Source: Caecitellus pseudoparvulus (taxonomy: Eukaryota > Protista > Bigyra: Bicosoecida). Taken from it: DNA of 64,000 nt. Each line of letters begins with the position of its first letter. Position 1 is the stretch's first letter. The stretch lies in assembly GCA_965644315.1 (NCBI GenBank), contig CBFFRQ010000065.1, positions 1 through 64,000 of the forward strand. Reading direction: 5' to 3'. The notes beneath the pieces are model-generated. The model searched no databases, was not told where the DNA came from, and saw only the letters and a program-made list of their open reading frames with translations. This document shows, in pieces, positions 1 through 12,400 of the stretch. The translations under genes were made by a program, and so were the position numbers.

Positions 1-1523
1 ACTGCCGCGGTTGGGTGAGGGAGCGGTCGCTGGCCACTGCAGTGCAGGCCATCTCGTCAGCCAGCGTCGTGGCGGTGAACTTGGCCCTCGCCACCATCAT
101 GAAGCGCCTGACTCAATTCGAGAAGCACCACAGCATGGATTCGCAGTCCATGTCGCTGTCCATTCGCCTGTTCTTCTCGCAGTTCATCAACACTGCGCTG
201 GTCACAGTGTTCGTCAATGCGGACTGGACCCTCATAGGTGTACCCGTCGCCCCCATCTCCCAGCAGTACGATGACTTCTCCTCTGCTTGGTACGCCACCG
301 TGGGAGCTGGCATTGTGCTCACCATGCTGCTGAACATCATCTCGCCACATGCGTTCCCGCTCGCGCGCTGGGCGCAGCGCAGGTGCATGACGCGCGTCGC
401 GCTAGGGGAGCCCTTCTGCTACTGCCCCTCCGTTATCATGCGGTTGTGCTGCTTGTGCTGCTGCCCTCGGTGGTGCTGTGATGTGGTGAAGGAGATCCCG
501 CACTCCACTGTGCGCTCGCGCCAGCGCCACTACTGCTGCGCTCGACTGTGTGCGCCCTGCATGCCCAAGCACCAAGACAAGCTGACCAAGCTCTTCACGG
601 GGCCCGAGTTCCGCCTGTCTGTACGGTATGCCCAGCTTACAAACACCATCTTCGTGTGCCTGACCTTCGCCGCAGGCATGCCCATCCTTCTCCCCATCGG
701 CTGCGCTTCGTTCATCGTGTCATTCTACGTCGACAAGTACCTCTTCCTGCGCTTCTACCGCATTCCCCCGCACTACGACTCACGCATGGGCATGACCATG
801 TCTGGCCTCTTTCCTTACGCCATCCTCCTGCACGTCGGCTGTGCTGCGTGGATGTACTCAAACAAAGCCATCTTCTCAAGTGCAGAGTACGTCCTGCAGC
901 AAGTGCAAGACGGCGCTTTGTCTGCTGGTGGCGCCCTGGAGACTGCCACCCTGACGTACTCGGAGCGCCTGTCCCAACTGCACGTCATCCCCTTCATCGT
1001 CTTGTTCTTCGGCATTTCCATTTTCCTTGTGGCTGTCGTGCCCTCGAGCAGGTGTCCTCGGCAGCAGGCAGGTGCCTGTCCATCATGACCTGTGGCTACT
1101 GCCAGGCCCACGCCGACTTCCATGAGCCAGCTGGCGAAGAACAAGACCCCCCTGACGTTCACGCAGGCAACTGCCCCTGGCCCGAACAACACCCCCCCTA
1201 AGATGATTGGGACTGCCTCCTACAACATCCTCATGCAACCTCACTGCCAGGAAGCCTTTGCTCTCTCCACCGCCTTCGTGAGGGACAAGAAAGCCTTCAA
1301 GAACGTCGCAGACATCGTGTTCGACGCGCTGCCCACGGAGGAGCGCCTGCGGGCTGAGCGGCAAGCCATCAAGGCGAAGGTGAAAGAAGGCCGCAAACAA
1401 AAGCAGCGCGATGTCACGAAACAGCTCCGGGCGCAAAAACGCGCAGACAAGCGGGACCGTGCTGTGGCAGCCAAGATGGCGCACACAGCTGCCCTGAAGA
1501 AGTCGAAAGGGCGAAGGCGCTGA
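1..1523 (+). CDS. TMC/OSCA(CSC1/TMEM63)-like multipass channel, C-terminal part (5'-truncated)
   Basis: ORF 15..1088 has many TM helices and the family-typical segments DFSSAWYATVGAGIVLTMLLNI and GPEFRLSVRYAQ...GMPILLP...YVDKYLFLRFYRIPPHYD. The same frame resumes after a TGA at 1086-1088 and runs to 1523. The gap is bridged either by a 54-nt GT-AG intron (1052-1105) or by two compensating indels. Confidence 0.75.
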
Positions 1524-1572
1524 GGGGGCGTGAAGGGAACCACTTGATACTGAAAGTTGCAGTGTTTTCCTT

Positions 1573-2545
1573 CTATGAATGCAGTGTTTCGTGCTCTGAC
1601 GGCAGCGCGGGCGAGTCCAGCCGCCCCAAGCACACGATGTCACGACCCACCTTGAACGTCGTCATGCCTCGGGAGGAAGGTGAAGCTGCGGGGGGACCTA
1701 CGGGAACAAGGCCCAAAAAGTGACTGAATGGAAGTGGCTTGCCTTGTGCTGGCCACTTGCTCGCAAGGGGGGACGATGGAGCCCGAATGCCGCCAATAAA
1801 GACAGGTGCAACAGTGACGGCCACCAACTGCACGAGCTGTGGCTGAAGCGCAGCCTGCTGCAGCAAGCTTGTGATAAGACCAGCCCCACCTTCCACCATG
1901 ATTGACCAAAGCCCCAATGCACGCAACGAGTCCCAGATGCTCGCAAATTGCGCGTGTCCGTCTTCGTCCATGCGCACGCCGACACAGGTTGCTCCTGCAG
2001 CCACCAACGCGCGCGCCCGGGCTTGTGAGGCGCCATCCACGTCCTTACCATGCAGCACAACGACCTGACGTCCTGCTTCCCTGGCGATACGCAGCAGACG
2101 TGCCGTTGGGGGCAGACGAAGGTCGCGGTCAAGCACCACTGGCACTGGGCTCGGACCTGGCACCAGTCTACAGGTCAAGCTAGGGTCATCTGCAAGTGCC
2201 GTGCCAATGCCGATAAGAATAGCATCATGCATCGCACGCATTCCATGTGTCATCTTTAGCGAGTCGTCACAGGACAGTGCGATCATCTTCCCTGCGTGGT
2301 TGGGAACCGCGAGGCTGGCTCGCTCGCTTGGCGTTTCGGTCGCGAAACGCCAGCAGCTCCAAGTGCCGACAGCGCAGCCACACACCAGCCTCGTCGCTGA
2401 TAGAGCCATCCAGGGACTGTGCATAGGTGAGTGTGACAAAGTGATCTGCCTTGGTTTCCTTGCACTCTGCCATGAGGGCAGAGAGTCTGCTCAATACATC
2501 TTGCCCACCCTCGGCCTCATGAGACTCGGCACCCTCAGCAGCCAT
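1573..2545 (-). CDS. RIB7: RibD C-terminal/RIB7-type pyrimidine reductase (riboflavin biosynthesis), 2 exons
   Basis: Motifs VTLTYAQSLDGSI, HGMRAMHDAILIGIGTALADDPSLTCR and SIMVEGGAGLITS. ATG at 2545. A GT-AG intron at 2385-2292 joins ORF 2267..2587 to ORF 1573..2439 in frame. Confidence 0.85.
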
Positions 2546-3443
2546 CGTGCTGCAGCAGGTGGACAACAACGCGGCCACACACAGCATGGGAGGAAAGAGA
2601 GCAATGCATTGACCAATAGATTAAAGAGAGGGAAGGCGCAATTTGGCATAAGCCGATCTGCAGCCGCCCACGGTCATCATTCACATGGACAGAAGCTGCG
2701 TGCAGCTGCACACAGCCAACAGCGAGGGTAGAGCCCCTGCTTGCACAGGAGCCCTTCTAGAGGCGCCTACTACAAGACGATTCCAGGCCGTGCGGCCTGG
2801 TCGAGCAGGCCACTATGGCGGCACATCACCTGGCGCCCGAGAGCCCGTCAAGCACGGAAACTCGGGCGCCAGTGTGCAGGTCGAAGAGGGAGTCCGGGGG
2901 AGGAGCCGTACACGCTCACTCTTCCTCCTCGTCACCCTCCGCGATGGTGTCTGGGCGAGAAGTCGCCGCGTCGGTTGCGACAGCATCGGCAACCTCAGCG
3001 TCCCACATCATGAACCCTTCGGCGTCGAAGCCAGAGGGCATGTCGCACGCCGGACTTGGCGGTGTCGTTGTTGTAGTACCACAGAGCCTTCTGCGTTGCG
3101 CATGCGGGTCCAGGAGCCCCAGGTGGCGTCGTCCTCCTCCCGGCGCTCACCGGCCAGCAAGCGCCACGGAGGCCCGGCGGGGCCTTCTTCTGGGGGTGGC
3201 TCCCGGGCTGCCAGCGGCGGCGGCGCCCGCCTTGGACTCGCTTGCGGCAGGCGGAGGCGCCGGGAGACGGTAGCTCGCCGCTGCGAGCCAACATGGGGTT
3301 CTTGCGGTTCACGACCGCCTCCTTGGACAGCGGCGCCGCGGCTCCACGCTGCGAACTTGAGAGGCCTTCTGCTGGCGGGCCACAGCGCAGCGTGTGACAC
3401 CTTCCTCCACGCCAGCTGGGCCGTCCTCCTCGTCCACCTTGTC

Positions 3444-6400
3444 TCAGGCTCCAGTGCGCGCTGCAGGATGCAGCGCGCGTGCTAAGCTTGCCGTGGTTGG
3501 GCCGCGTGGAGGCAGAGAGGCACGGCGTGCCTCCTCCTGGGAGTCCTTGAGGGCCACTACCTCCATGCTGAGCTCAGCGAGGTTGGAGTCGATGTCCTTG
3601 GCTTGCTCTCGCACCATCTCCCACTGGGCCTTGCTTGGCACGCCGTCTGACTTGAGGATCTCGTCCAGGCGGGCGCGCTCAGCCCGCATGGTGGCGCGCA
3701 TGGCCATGGGGTTCATCTGCATGCCGCCGCCCTCCAGCTCCTCGTCCAGCATGGCGGCCGCCTTCAGCTGCTTGCCGCTGGCCTTGCCCTTCTTCCCGTC
3801 AGCCTTGGACTTGGAGGCGCACATGGTCTGGCAGTTGGTGCCGCCGAAGGTCGTGTACAGCTCGAAGCCGAAAACAGTGAAGAAGTAGATCAGGGACGCG
3901 AAGATGACCATCGCCACCAGCACAGTCAGCGCCTGGCGCTGCACCTGGTAGATGGGGCTGTTGTCGTCGCCGGTCTGGAACATGATGCCGGACAGGGTCA
4001 CGAAGCAGCCGCATGCCAGTAGCACCGCCTCCATGGTGTTGTAGTCGAAGAGGTAGTCCTGCTGCACAGAGCCCTTGGACTTCAGGACGGCCTCCATGTT
4101 GCCGTTGCCCCGCATGCGGGCCTTCTGGCGGTCATTGGCGTTGCGCAGAGCAGTCTCGTAGGCAGCCTTGATGGCCTGGTGCTTCTTGTTGCCCTCCTTC
4201 ACCTTGGACTGATGGTGCAGGATGATGCCGCGGCGCTCAGCCATAGACATGAACGGGTTGTGGCGCACTTGCAGGGAGAAGCAGAAGAAGAGGACGAGGA
4301 AGGCCACTGCCATCTGGAACGACGGTGTGCGGCGGAACAGGAGGGCTGTCAGGGCAATGCAGAACTTGCGGAAGATGATGGCCAGGAGCCAGTACCACTT
4401 GCCGGGCTTGAAGTGGTAGTACAGCTTGTGGTACATGAGGCGGAAGGAGTGGTGGGGGTTGGTGGACTTGATGTCCCCAATACCCATCGCGCGCAGGAGC
4501 TGGTCGGTCTTGACCTTGTCCTTGTTGCGGCTCAAGTGCCAGTACACGAACACGGGGTACGCGATGGTGTACGCGGGCAGGGCGAAGAAGAGCGCCGGGT
4601 AGAAGAAGACGTTGTGCTCTGGAGAGTAGCACTCAATGAAGTCCACCTCCAGGTACAGCTTGCCATCGCTGGGGTCCGTAGGCTGGCAGTTGAACGCGTC
4701 AAAGGTCGTGCGGGTGAGCAGCAGGTACAGGTAGTACATCATGAGCTGCCCCATGGCGACGAGGGTAGGAGTGTGCGTGCCACGATGCTTGGCAGCCTTG
4801 TGCATGATGCGGTCAAAGGCCGTCTTGGCCAGGTAAATGAGCAGCAGCATGGCGCCCAGGAACAGGGGCAGGGACTCGATGACAAACCACTTCTGGGCGT
4901 AGTTCACATCAGGGATGGCACACTCAGGCGCAGTGATGTCCAGGTTGATCTGGAAAATGGACAGAATGCGGTACAGGTCCCGCAGGAACTGGGGCCACTC
5001 CACACGAGCGTTGGCGAACATGCCCAGCACCTGGAAGTAATCCACACCGATGGAGATGAAGGCCAGGTGCACCTTGTATCGGTTCAGGACGTACCCGACG
5101 CAGCACAGGACAACAAGGCCCACGACGAAGAGCGTGATGAACAGCCAAGCCATGTCTGGGCAGGCCACACACAGACCAGCGACGCGGTAGAACCGCTCCG
5201 CACACTGCGAGCATCGCACGCCGGTGTACTCCGGGGCGCACTCGTTTGCACCCAAGCAAGACTCCGCCGGCTCGCACGGGACGAGGTCGAAGCAGGTGGT
5301 GTTGTATGGGTACGGGCGCTCGGAGCGGCCGCACTCGGGGTTGCCCATCTCGGCATCCAGACTGTACCAGCCTGGAATGGACTCAGGCTCGGAGAAGTCG
5401 GTGCAAATGGAGCCGCTGGAGGCTAGGCAGGCAGCCTGGCACTCAGCACCCTGAGGGCACGGCAGGCACTCCTCGCCCAGCTGGCCGTAGAAGCCGAACT
5501 GGCAATGGTACTGCACCTTGAAAACGGTGTCCACGCGGCCAGCTGCGATGTCGTCAGCGATGTACATGCCAGGCTCCAGACCCAAGCCCTCGCTCTCCTC
5601 TTCGTCCTGCAGAGCACGCGGGAAGGCAGCTCGGGACAGCTCACGGCGCCCGTCCAGGTTGCTCACGTCCACATCCACGTCTGCGCCGGAATGCACCTCG
5701 GTCAGGGACATGGACAGCACGCCCTCGCTCAGCACACGGATGTTCAAATGCATGAAGCCGCCCTCTGTGGCGCCCAGCAAAGCTGCCACGCCCGCGGGGT
5801 GCAGCACTCGGCCGGCGCCATCAAGGGCTGTCACGTTGCTGTTGGCATCCAGCGTGCTCTGGATGAGCGCGGCGGCAGTTGGAGAACCGACGCCGGTGCC
5901 CTGGAAGGTCACAGAGCCCATGGCGGACACGTTCGGGAAAGTGATGTTGCTGTACCCAGCAGCGGTGATGCTGACAACCTTGGGTCCAACAGTCGCAGGC
6001 GGCGTGTCACACTCCAACAGGTTGGAGGTGTTCAGTGACAGGCCCGTGCACTCCTGCTCTCCGATGAGCACCCGCAGAGGCAGGTCCAGAGAGGAGTGGC
6101 CGAAGTCTGCGCCCTGCAAGTGCCAGTTGCTCATACCAGTGGCGTCGGGTGTGTTGGGGCGGGAGGAACGCATGTACGGGGTGTTGAAGCTCTGCGTGGT
6201 GCTGACCGTGCCGGTGCCGTCCACATCCAGCACCAGCGGGTTGTCTCGCCCGAAACCAGGGTCCAGCTTGCAGAAGTAGTACTCGTGCGTGTAAGGCTCG
6301 GGCGTGTTGGACTTGAGCGGCGGGTCGGTGTCAAAGGGGTTCTCCCTGTGCAGGTACCACTGGCTCCACTGCGTCTCCATGTCGGATCGCCAAATGGTGC

Positions 6401-9400
6401 TGACATCCCGGCACGGCGCGAGGATGTCTGCGTTGTTGTCGTCCTTGGCCCCGTTCACGTTGGCCAGCACTCGCAGGCCGTCCACGTCGCCGTCTTCCTC
6501 GTCCAGCACCTTCACCACCAAGCGGGCCAAGTCTGCCACGTGTGCGTCAGCACCACCCACCCGGACGTTGTAGGAGAAGGACCCTGCAGCGCTGCTGAGC
6601 AGGCTCACCTGGTCCTCTGCAATGACGTTCTCGCGGCGGCCGAAGTTGGAGCCGAGCAGCTTCACAATGTAGCCCTTGGTGGGCCCAGTGGGGGGCTCCT
6701 GCCCCGTCACAACTGGCGGCATCACGGACACAGGCATGGGCAGCGTGACACGCTGGTTGCCGACATGCAGCACAACATTGCGAGGGGGGCCCTGCACATG
6801 CGGCGCGAGGAACTGGATGAAAGTGGAGTTGTGCGTCACCCACACAGACCCGCGGTGCAGGGGGGCTGCCACTGCATCGCCCAGGTTGAAGGGGTCAGGG
6901 ATCATGTAAGACAGGTGGCGGTCTGAGGGAGACTCCAGCACCAACGCCTGCAGGTCACCCTGGGGCAAGCTCTCGGGCAGGAAGTTCTCGCCCGTGATGG
7001 TGACCAAGGTGCCTGCGCGAGTGGGCCACTGGGTGGGCCACATGGAGTGCACCAGCGGGGCGCCATAGTTGATGACGGCGGCAGGGTCGTTGGGAACAGA
7101 GTCCACTCCCACAGTCGTCACGTAGGCAACCAGTCCCTGCCCCACGCCTGGAGGCAAGAGGCAGGAAATGTTAGTGTGGTCTGTGACCAGCGTGACGGGT
7201 CCGCAGTTCACAATGCGGCTATCACCAGGAGCGCGGAACCACACCGACAGCAGGCTTTCGTCATCGCCAAAGTTCACGCCCGTCACAAACACGACGCCAC
7301 CATCCGTGCCGATCGTATCGGTGCCAGTGCTGGCTGCCTGCACAGCGAGCACTCTGGGTTGCTCATAGCGCACATCGATGTAGTTCAGGTCGCCGGTGTA
7401 CCCACCGACACCAAAAGCCATGGTGTACACGCTGGCTGCGTTGCCAGCGGGCAGACGAAGCTGCTGGCTGGTGTGGCTGTGAGGCAGGGACACTGAGGCG
7501 GCCTTCAGGCAGATGTCGCCAGGCCCGGGCGGCGTGTCACGAGGGCGCAGCAGGGCGAAGGACGTCACGCCGGAGCCAGCGCAGAAAGTGCCGCCGCTCG
7601 TGAAGCCGTCCTCGCCGAAATTGTCGCCAACAAGGGTCACGATGCCACCAGCGGTGGGCAGGCGCACGCTGAGACGGCCAGCGGACGGGATGGTGTCCAG
7701 CGTCAGGTTCGCAGTGGACACGCCGGGGTAGTACAAACTCACTGCGCCGTGGTCAGCCACAGAGAAAGGCGTGGACACGGTGCGAGGTGAGCCGATGGCG
7801 GCCCCCGATGCATCCACCATCATCGTCACTTGCGACACGGAGGGCTTAGCGTACAGAACTGGGCAGCCGCGCTGGTCGGTCATGCCTCCAGCCTTGATGT
7901 GCACCGTCACATCGCCACCTTGGCCCTCAGGAGGGTGGCAGCGGGTGAAGCAGATGTTCTGGCCGTCTTCCACGCCAATCACAGTCGTGGGGCGGGAGTC
8001 GCTGGCATCCACCGGTGTGCACTCACGCGTGGTCTGGCTGGAAGACGCGAACGACGTGCTGGAGAAGCGGAGGGAAACAGACACATCACGGCTGCAAAGC
8101 CCAGTACCAGTGATGTTGAGCACATCGCGGCCCGAGATGGGCAGCGTGTTGCCTGCTGTCTGCAGGTCCGCATCGAGCAGGCGAGCGCAGTCACCCTCGC
8201 GCAGTGCGGGTGCGATGTCGCGGAACAGGACGCTGCCCACCTGGTTGCCGATGGTCACTGTGAGGTTTCCCACTGGGGCTGCCGCCACCCAGAACACGAC
8301 CTCAAAAGGGGTCCACTTGCGCACGCGGTCCCGGGGAATGGCGAAGCCCCAGTCAGGGTGTGCCTGGTCGTAGCCAGTGTACGCAGGAAGAGAGCCCATG
8401 TAGTTGTTGTCGCGGTCAGTGCCCGGAGGTGGGTCGTGGTCGACAAAGATCTGCCCGCACAGCTCCAGGGGGCTGCTGGTTGCACGTGGCACAGAGAGAC
8501 GGGGTGCGGAGTCACCACTCTCGATCGTGGCGCCGGCCAGGCCGGGAGGGGGCTGGCAGAAAGCGCCCGTGCCAGATCGCAGCGTGATCTCCAGCTGGCC
8601 AGGAGCAGTCTTGTTCGTGGACAGAGAGAAGTCAAAGCGGGTGAAGTCTGGAGCAGCGTAGGCAAAGGTCAAGTCGTTGGAGTACTTGGGCAGCGACAGC
8701 AGGTTCGACACACGCACAATGAGGCGGTGGCCGGAGCCATGGCCGCCTGGCTTTACAAACTCAATGACCTCCTTGTCCTCGGCGGCGTCATACCACATGT
8801 CGCTGGGGGGGATTTCCAGATCCCCGAACAGCACCGTGTGGTTCGCAAACTCGTCCAGGATGCCGAAGCCGCTTCCGACGATGCGGATGATCTCACCGTC
8901 CGCAGCCGTTGAGCGCAGAGGGGCCGTGCCAGTGATGGTGCGGGACAGGGCCACGCTCTGCCCAGCTTCCGTGAGCCGGGAACCAGCATCCAGCCGGTCG
9001 ATGTGAGGTGACTGGTAGTGGAACGCTGAATGGGACGTGGTGTGCTCGTTCACTTGGCCACGGATAGAGACGAACCAGTAGTATGGTCCGCCTGTGCTTG
9101 CCCGGGATGTGCACTCAATGCTGTCGTGGGACACCACGACACAGTCCTTCACCTCATAGTAATCAGAGCCGAGCTGAGAGCTGGGGCCCATGCGCACCCA
9201 GTCAAGGAAGGCGTCAGTGATCAAAGGTACGTGGGCCATCTGGTACGCAAAGTCTGGGCCAAAGTTGGACCCGTTCAAGATCAGGGACTGACCACCTTGG
9301 GAGTGAGCGAGCACTCCGCCCGAGCTGAACGCTACACCAGTGTCCTTGAACATGAAATCCACCAGCGTGGGCGACTCGTACGAAGTCGTGACGTCAGAGC

Positions 9401-12400
9401 TGAGCAAACCGTCAATGGTCAGCTCCCAGCGCAGGCCACTCCCGGCACCAGGACCAGTCATGCAGCTCACCTGGGTGTGAGCCACAGTCACGGAGCAGTT
9501 CACGGCCTGGAAAATGGGCGGGCAGCGCACCGTCGGGTCGGCACGGCAGAGCTTGCGCTGCTCCTCGTCCTGGTACTCCACCTTGTCGATGTTATCAGAG
9601 CCCAGGGGGCCAAAATGCTGGCCAGTGAGGATGACCTCCTGGCCACCCTGCGTGTCAGCATCTGACGCGCCAGCGCCAGTGTAATTGGCGATGACGGGAA
9701 CATGGTAGCTGTGGTTGGTCGGGAAGAGTCCGTTCTGGTTGATGATAGGCTGGTCCACCACCGTCACAGCAAAGACCCAGTCCTTTCCAGTGCCGACGTT
9801 GGTCAGGCAGCGCACTTGGGCAGTGCTGACGGACACGGCACAGCCCTGTGCAGTGAAGCGAGCAGGGTTGCTGGATGGCCCATACGTGACCTGAATGCGG
9901 GTGTCCCGCGCAGCAGGCAACCACTGGCCGTCCAGGTAAATAAGATCGCCGCCTTCCGTGCGGGCCTCATGCAAGGCTTCGCCTGAGATGGACGTGATAA
10001 CCGGTGGGCGGTAATGCAGCGTCACATTGCGCCCCACCAGCAGCTCGCTATGCTGCTGGGCGATGGTCACTTGCAAACTCAGGGCCTGGCCACCACCCAC
10101 GACGGAGGTGCACCGAATCAGCTCATGCGGCACCACAACGCGGCAGGACGCCGCGGAGTACACGTACTCGCCAGTCTCGGCAACCGCCCCAGCGGGGGCG
10201 GAGGCGGACAGTGGAGCCCCCATGTCTCCCATGGCGGTGGACACCACAGCGCCGCCAGTGCCGAACAAACGGAAGTACTTCACGATGGGCACGAAAGCTG
10301 CGTCAGCTGACAGGTCTTCTCCAAAGTTGGAGCCGGAAACCACGAACACGTCACCACCCTCGGCATCCAACACTTGGTCGGGCACAGAGGTGGGGAAGTT
10401 GGAGAAGGGCACAAAGGAAGCAGCTCGCGACACGACTCGCACACCAGTCACCTGAGGGGATCCGTACCGGCTGCCAGTGGCACCCTCCGTATAGACGGGA
10501 GACCACTTCGCTGAGGACGCGAGGGTCCAGCTCAGTTCCCCGCCCACACCGGGCGCCGTCGTGCAGGAAGCGGCGGTGAACGCCGTGGTCACAGTGCACG
10601 CCGTAGCGTGGAACTTATGCACCTTGCCAGCAGGCCCATAGGACACGAAGACCTCCTCGCCCAAGTCAGGGAACTGCGTCCCCGTCAACACGACAGTTTC
10701 ACCGCCTCGAGTGTTCATGCCGATGTGCGTTCCTGAAACGCCAGTGATGGTGGGGCGCCGGTACTGCCCAACATACCCGCCGAGGCTAAGTGTGTCTGGC
10801 TCAGTGGCGCCGGGTAGGGTGACTCGCAACTCGAATGCGAGGTCGCCGGCTGCACCCGGGATGGTTGTGCAGTTGATCTGGGTGTTGGTCACAGTCTGAA
10901 CGCAAGGGAAGACATATGACTCGGAGTAATCCACAGCAGGATCAAATGTGCGCAGAGGGGGGCTGTCAGCAGGGCGCCGAGTCCCGGTGGCATGAAGCTC
11001 AATGACAGCGCCCGGGATGGAAACCATGCCCAGGTTGCTGCCCGTGAGTGTGAGAGTATCCCCGCCGTCGACATTCAGGCTGTCGTACGGGCCCGTCATG
11101 CTGGATACGTGCACATCATTGGTGTTGATGACGTTGATGTTCACGACGATGTCAAGGACCTCACCGCCACCGTCCATAAGACGCACACCCAAGTTGTAAG
11201 AAGGGTGCAACTCGTAGTCAAGCTCGGGCGCTGCGAGTTTGATCAAGCCTTCAACGTCGGCGTTCGCCGTCTCAGCCTCGATGGACCACACGTTGTCAGA
11301 ATTACCTGAAGTGATGGTGTAGTTCAGTGTGCCCCATCCGTTGAGGGTGTCGAGCACATCAGGGTCTCGGCCGGCCACGGTGGCGACCGTCACACCGAAC
11401 TGCACGCGAGACACGTTGGCCGTGGCGAGAGGGGTGCCCTCGAACAAGGTCACGTCCCCATCCACGGTAGTCGTTGTGGACACACTTGCGCTGGGCTGCA
11501 GAGTCACTGTGGGGGCTTCGTTCTCGTCCACGATCTGGATGGCCATGGTCTGTGTATCATTCAGCCCGCCCTTGTCCTCGACGACCATAGTGAAGGTGTA
11601 CCCTTGCACCTGCTCGTAGTCGATGGCAGCGCCAGCAGACACCAAGGAGATCTGGCCACCCGCAGACAAACTAAACACGCCTGTGTTCAGGTTGGGGGAG
11701 GACCATGACTGGGTCTCCATGCCCGGGTCATCAGGGTCTGAGCGCGTGGCCTGTCCCACGATGTGGCTCGCAGCCGAGGTCTCGGGCAGCAGGAAAGGGG
11801 TGGACGCGTCCACGATGGAGGGGGCCTCGTTGACATCCGTAACGGTTACAGTCACAATGCTGAAGTTGGAGGCAGGCGTGGGGTTCGTGTCTGAAGCACG
11901 CACCGTCAGCACGTACGTTTCGTCAGCCTCGTGATCCAGGGGCTGGGCAACTTCGATGGAACCTTCGCACTCCACCACTCCACCTGGCAGCGAACCACAA
12001 GTGGGCCCAGGCACAACCCGGAAAGCGGCATTGCCCGTCTGCAATGGGGATGTCTGTGACATGGTGAACACGAGGAACTCCGCTGGGTCGGCGTCTGAAG
12101 CACCCAGGGAGAGGGTAACGGGAGTTCCGACGGTGGCAGTCTCCGGAATGCTGAAGGCTTGCACTGCTGGGATGAGGACTGGCTGGTTGTCATCGAACAT
12201 AGCAATGCTGAGCAGGGCAGTGTCGGTCAATCCCAGCGCGTCTGTGACAGTGACGGTGAAGTTGCACCATTCCGGGGAGGAAGTGCCCGTGAGGGGGTGC
12301 ACCTCGTCAGTGCTCTGCACGAGGCCGGCCGGGCTCAGGGCACTTGCACTGAAGACTGTGCTGCAATTCGCGTATGCGCCTGGAGAACCCGTGCCTGTCG

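Noticed and set aside
1086-3446. UGA recoding (readthrough, selenocysteine or alternative genetic code), suggested by in-frame TGAs at 1086 and 3444
   Set aside because: TGA is the normal terminator for many well-defined genes here (PIG-C, HIS1, MEIG1, HSP20, rlmN). An intron or indels explain both cases more simply.
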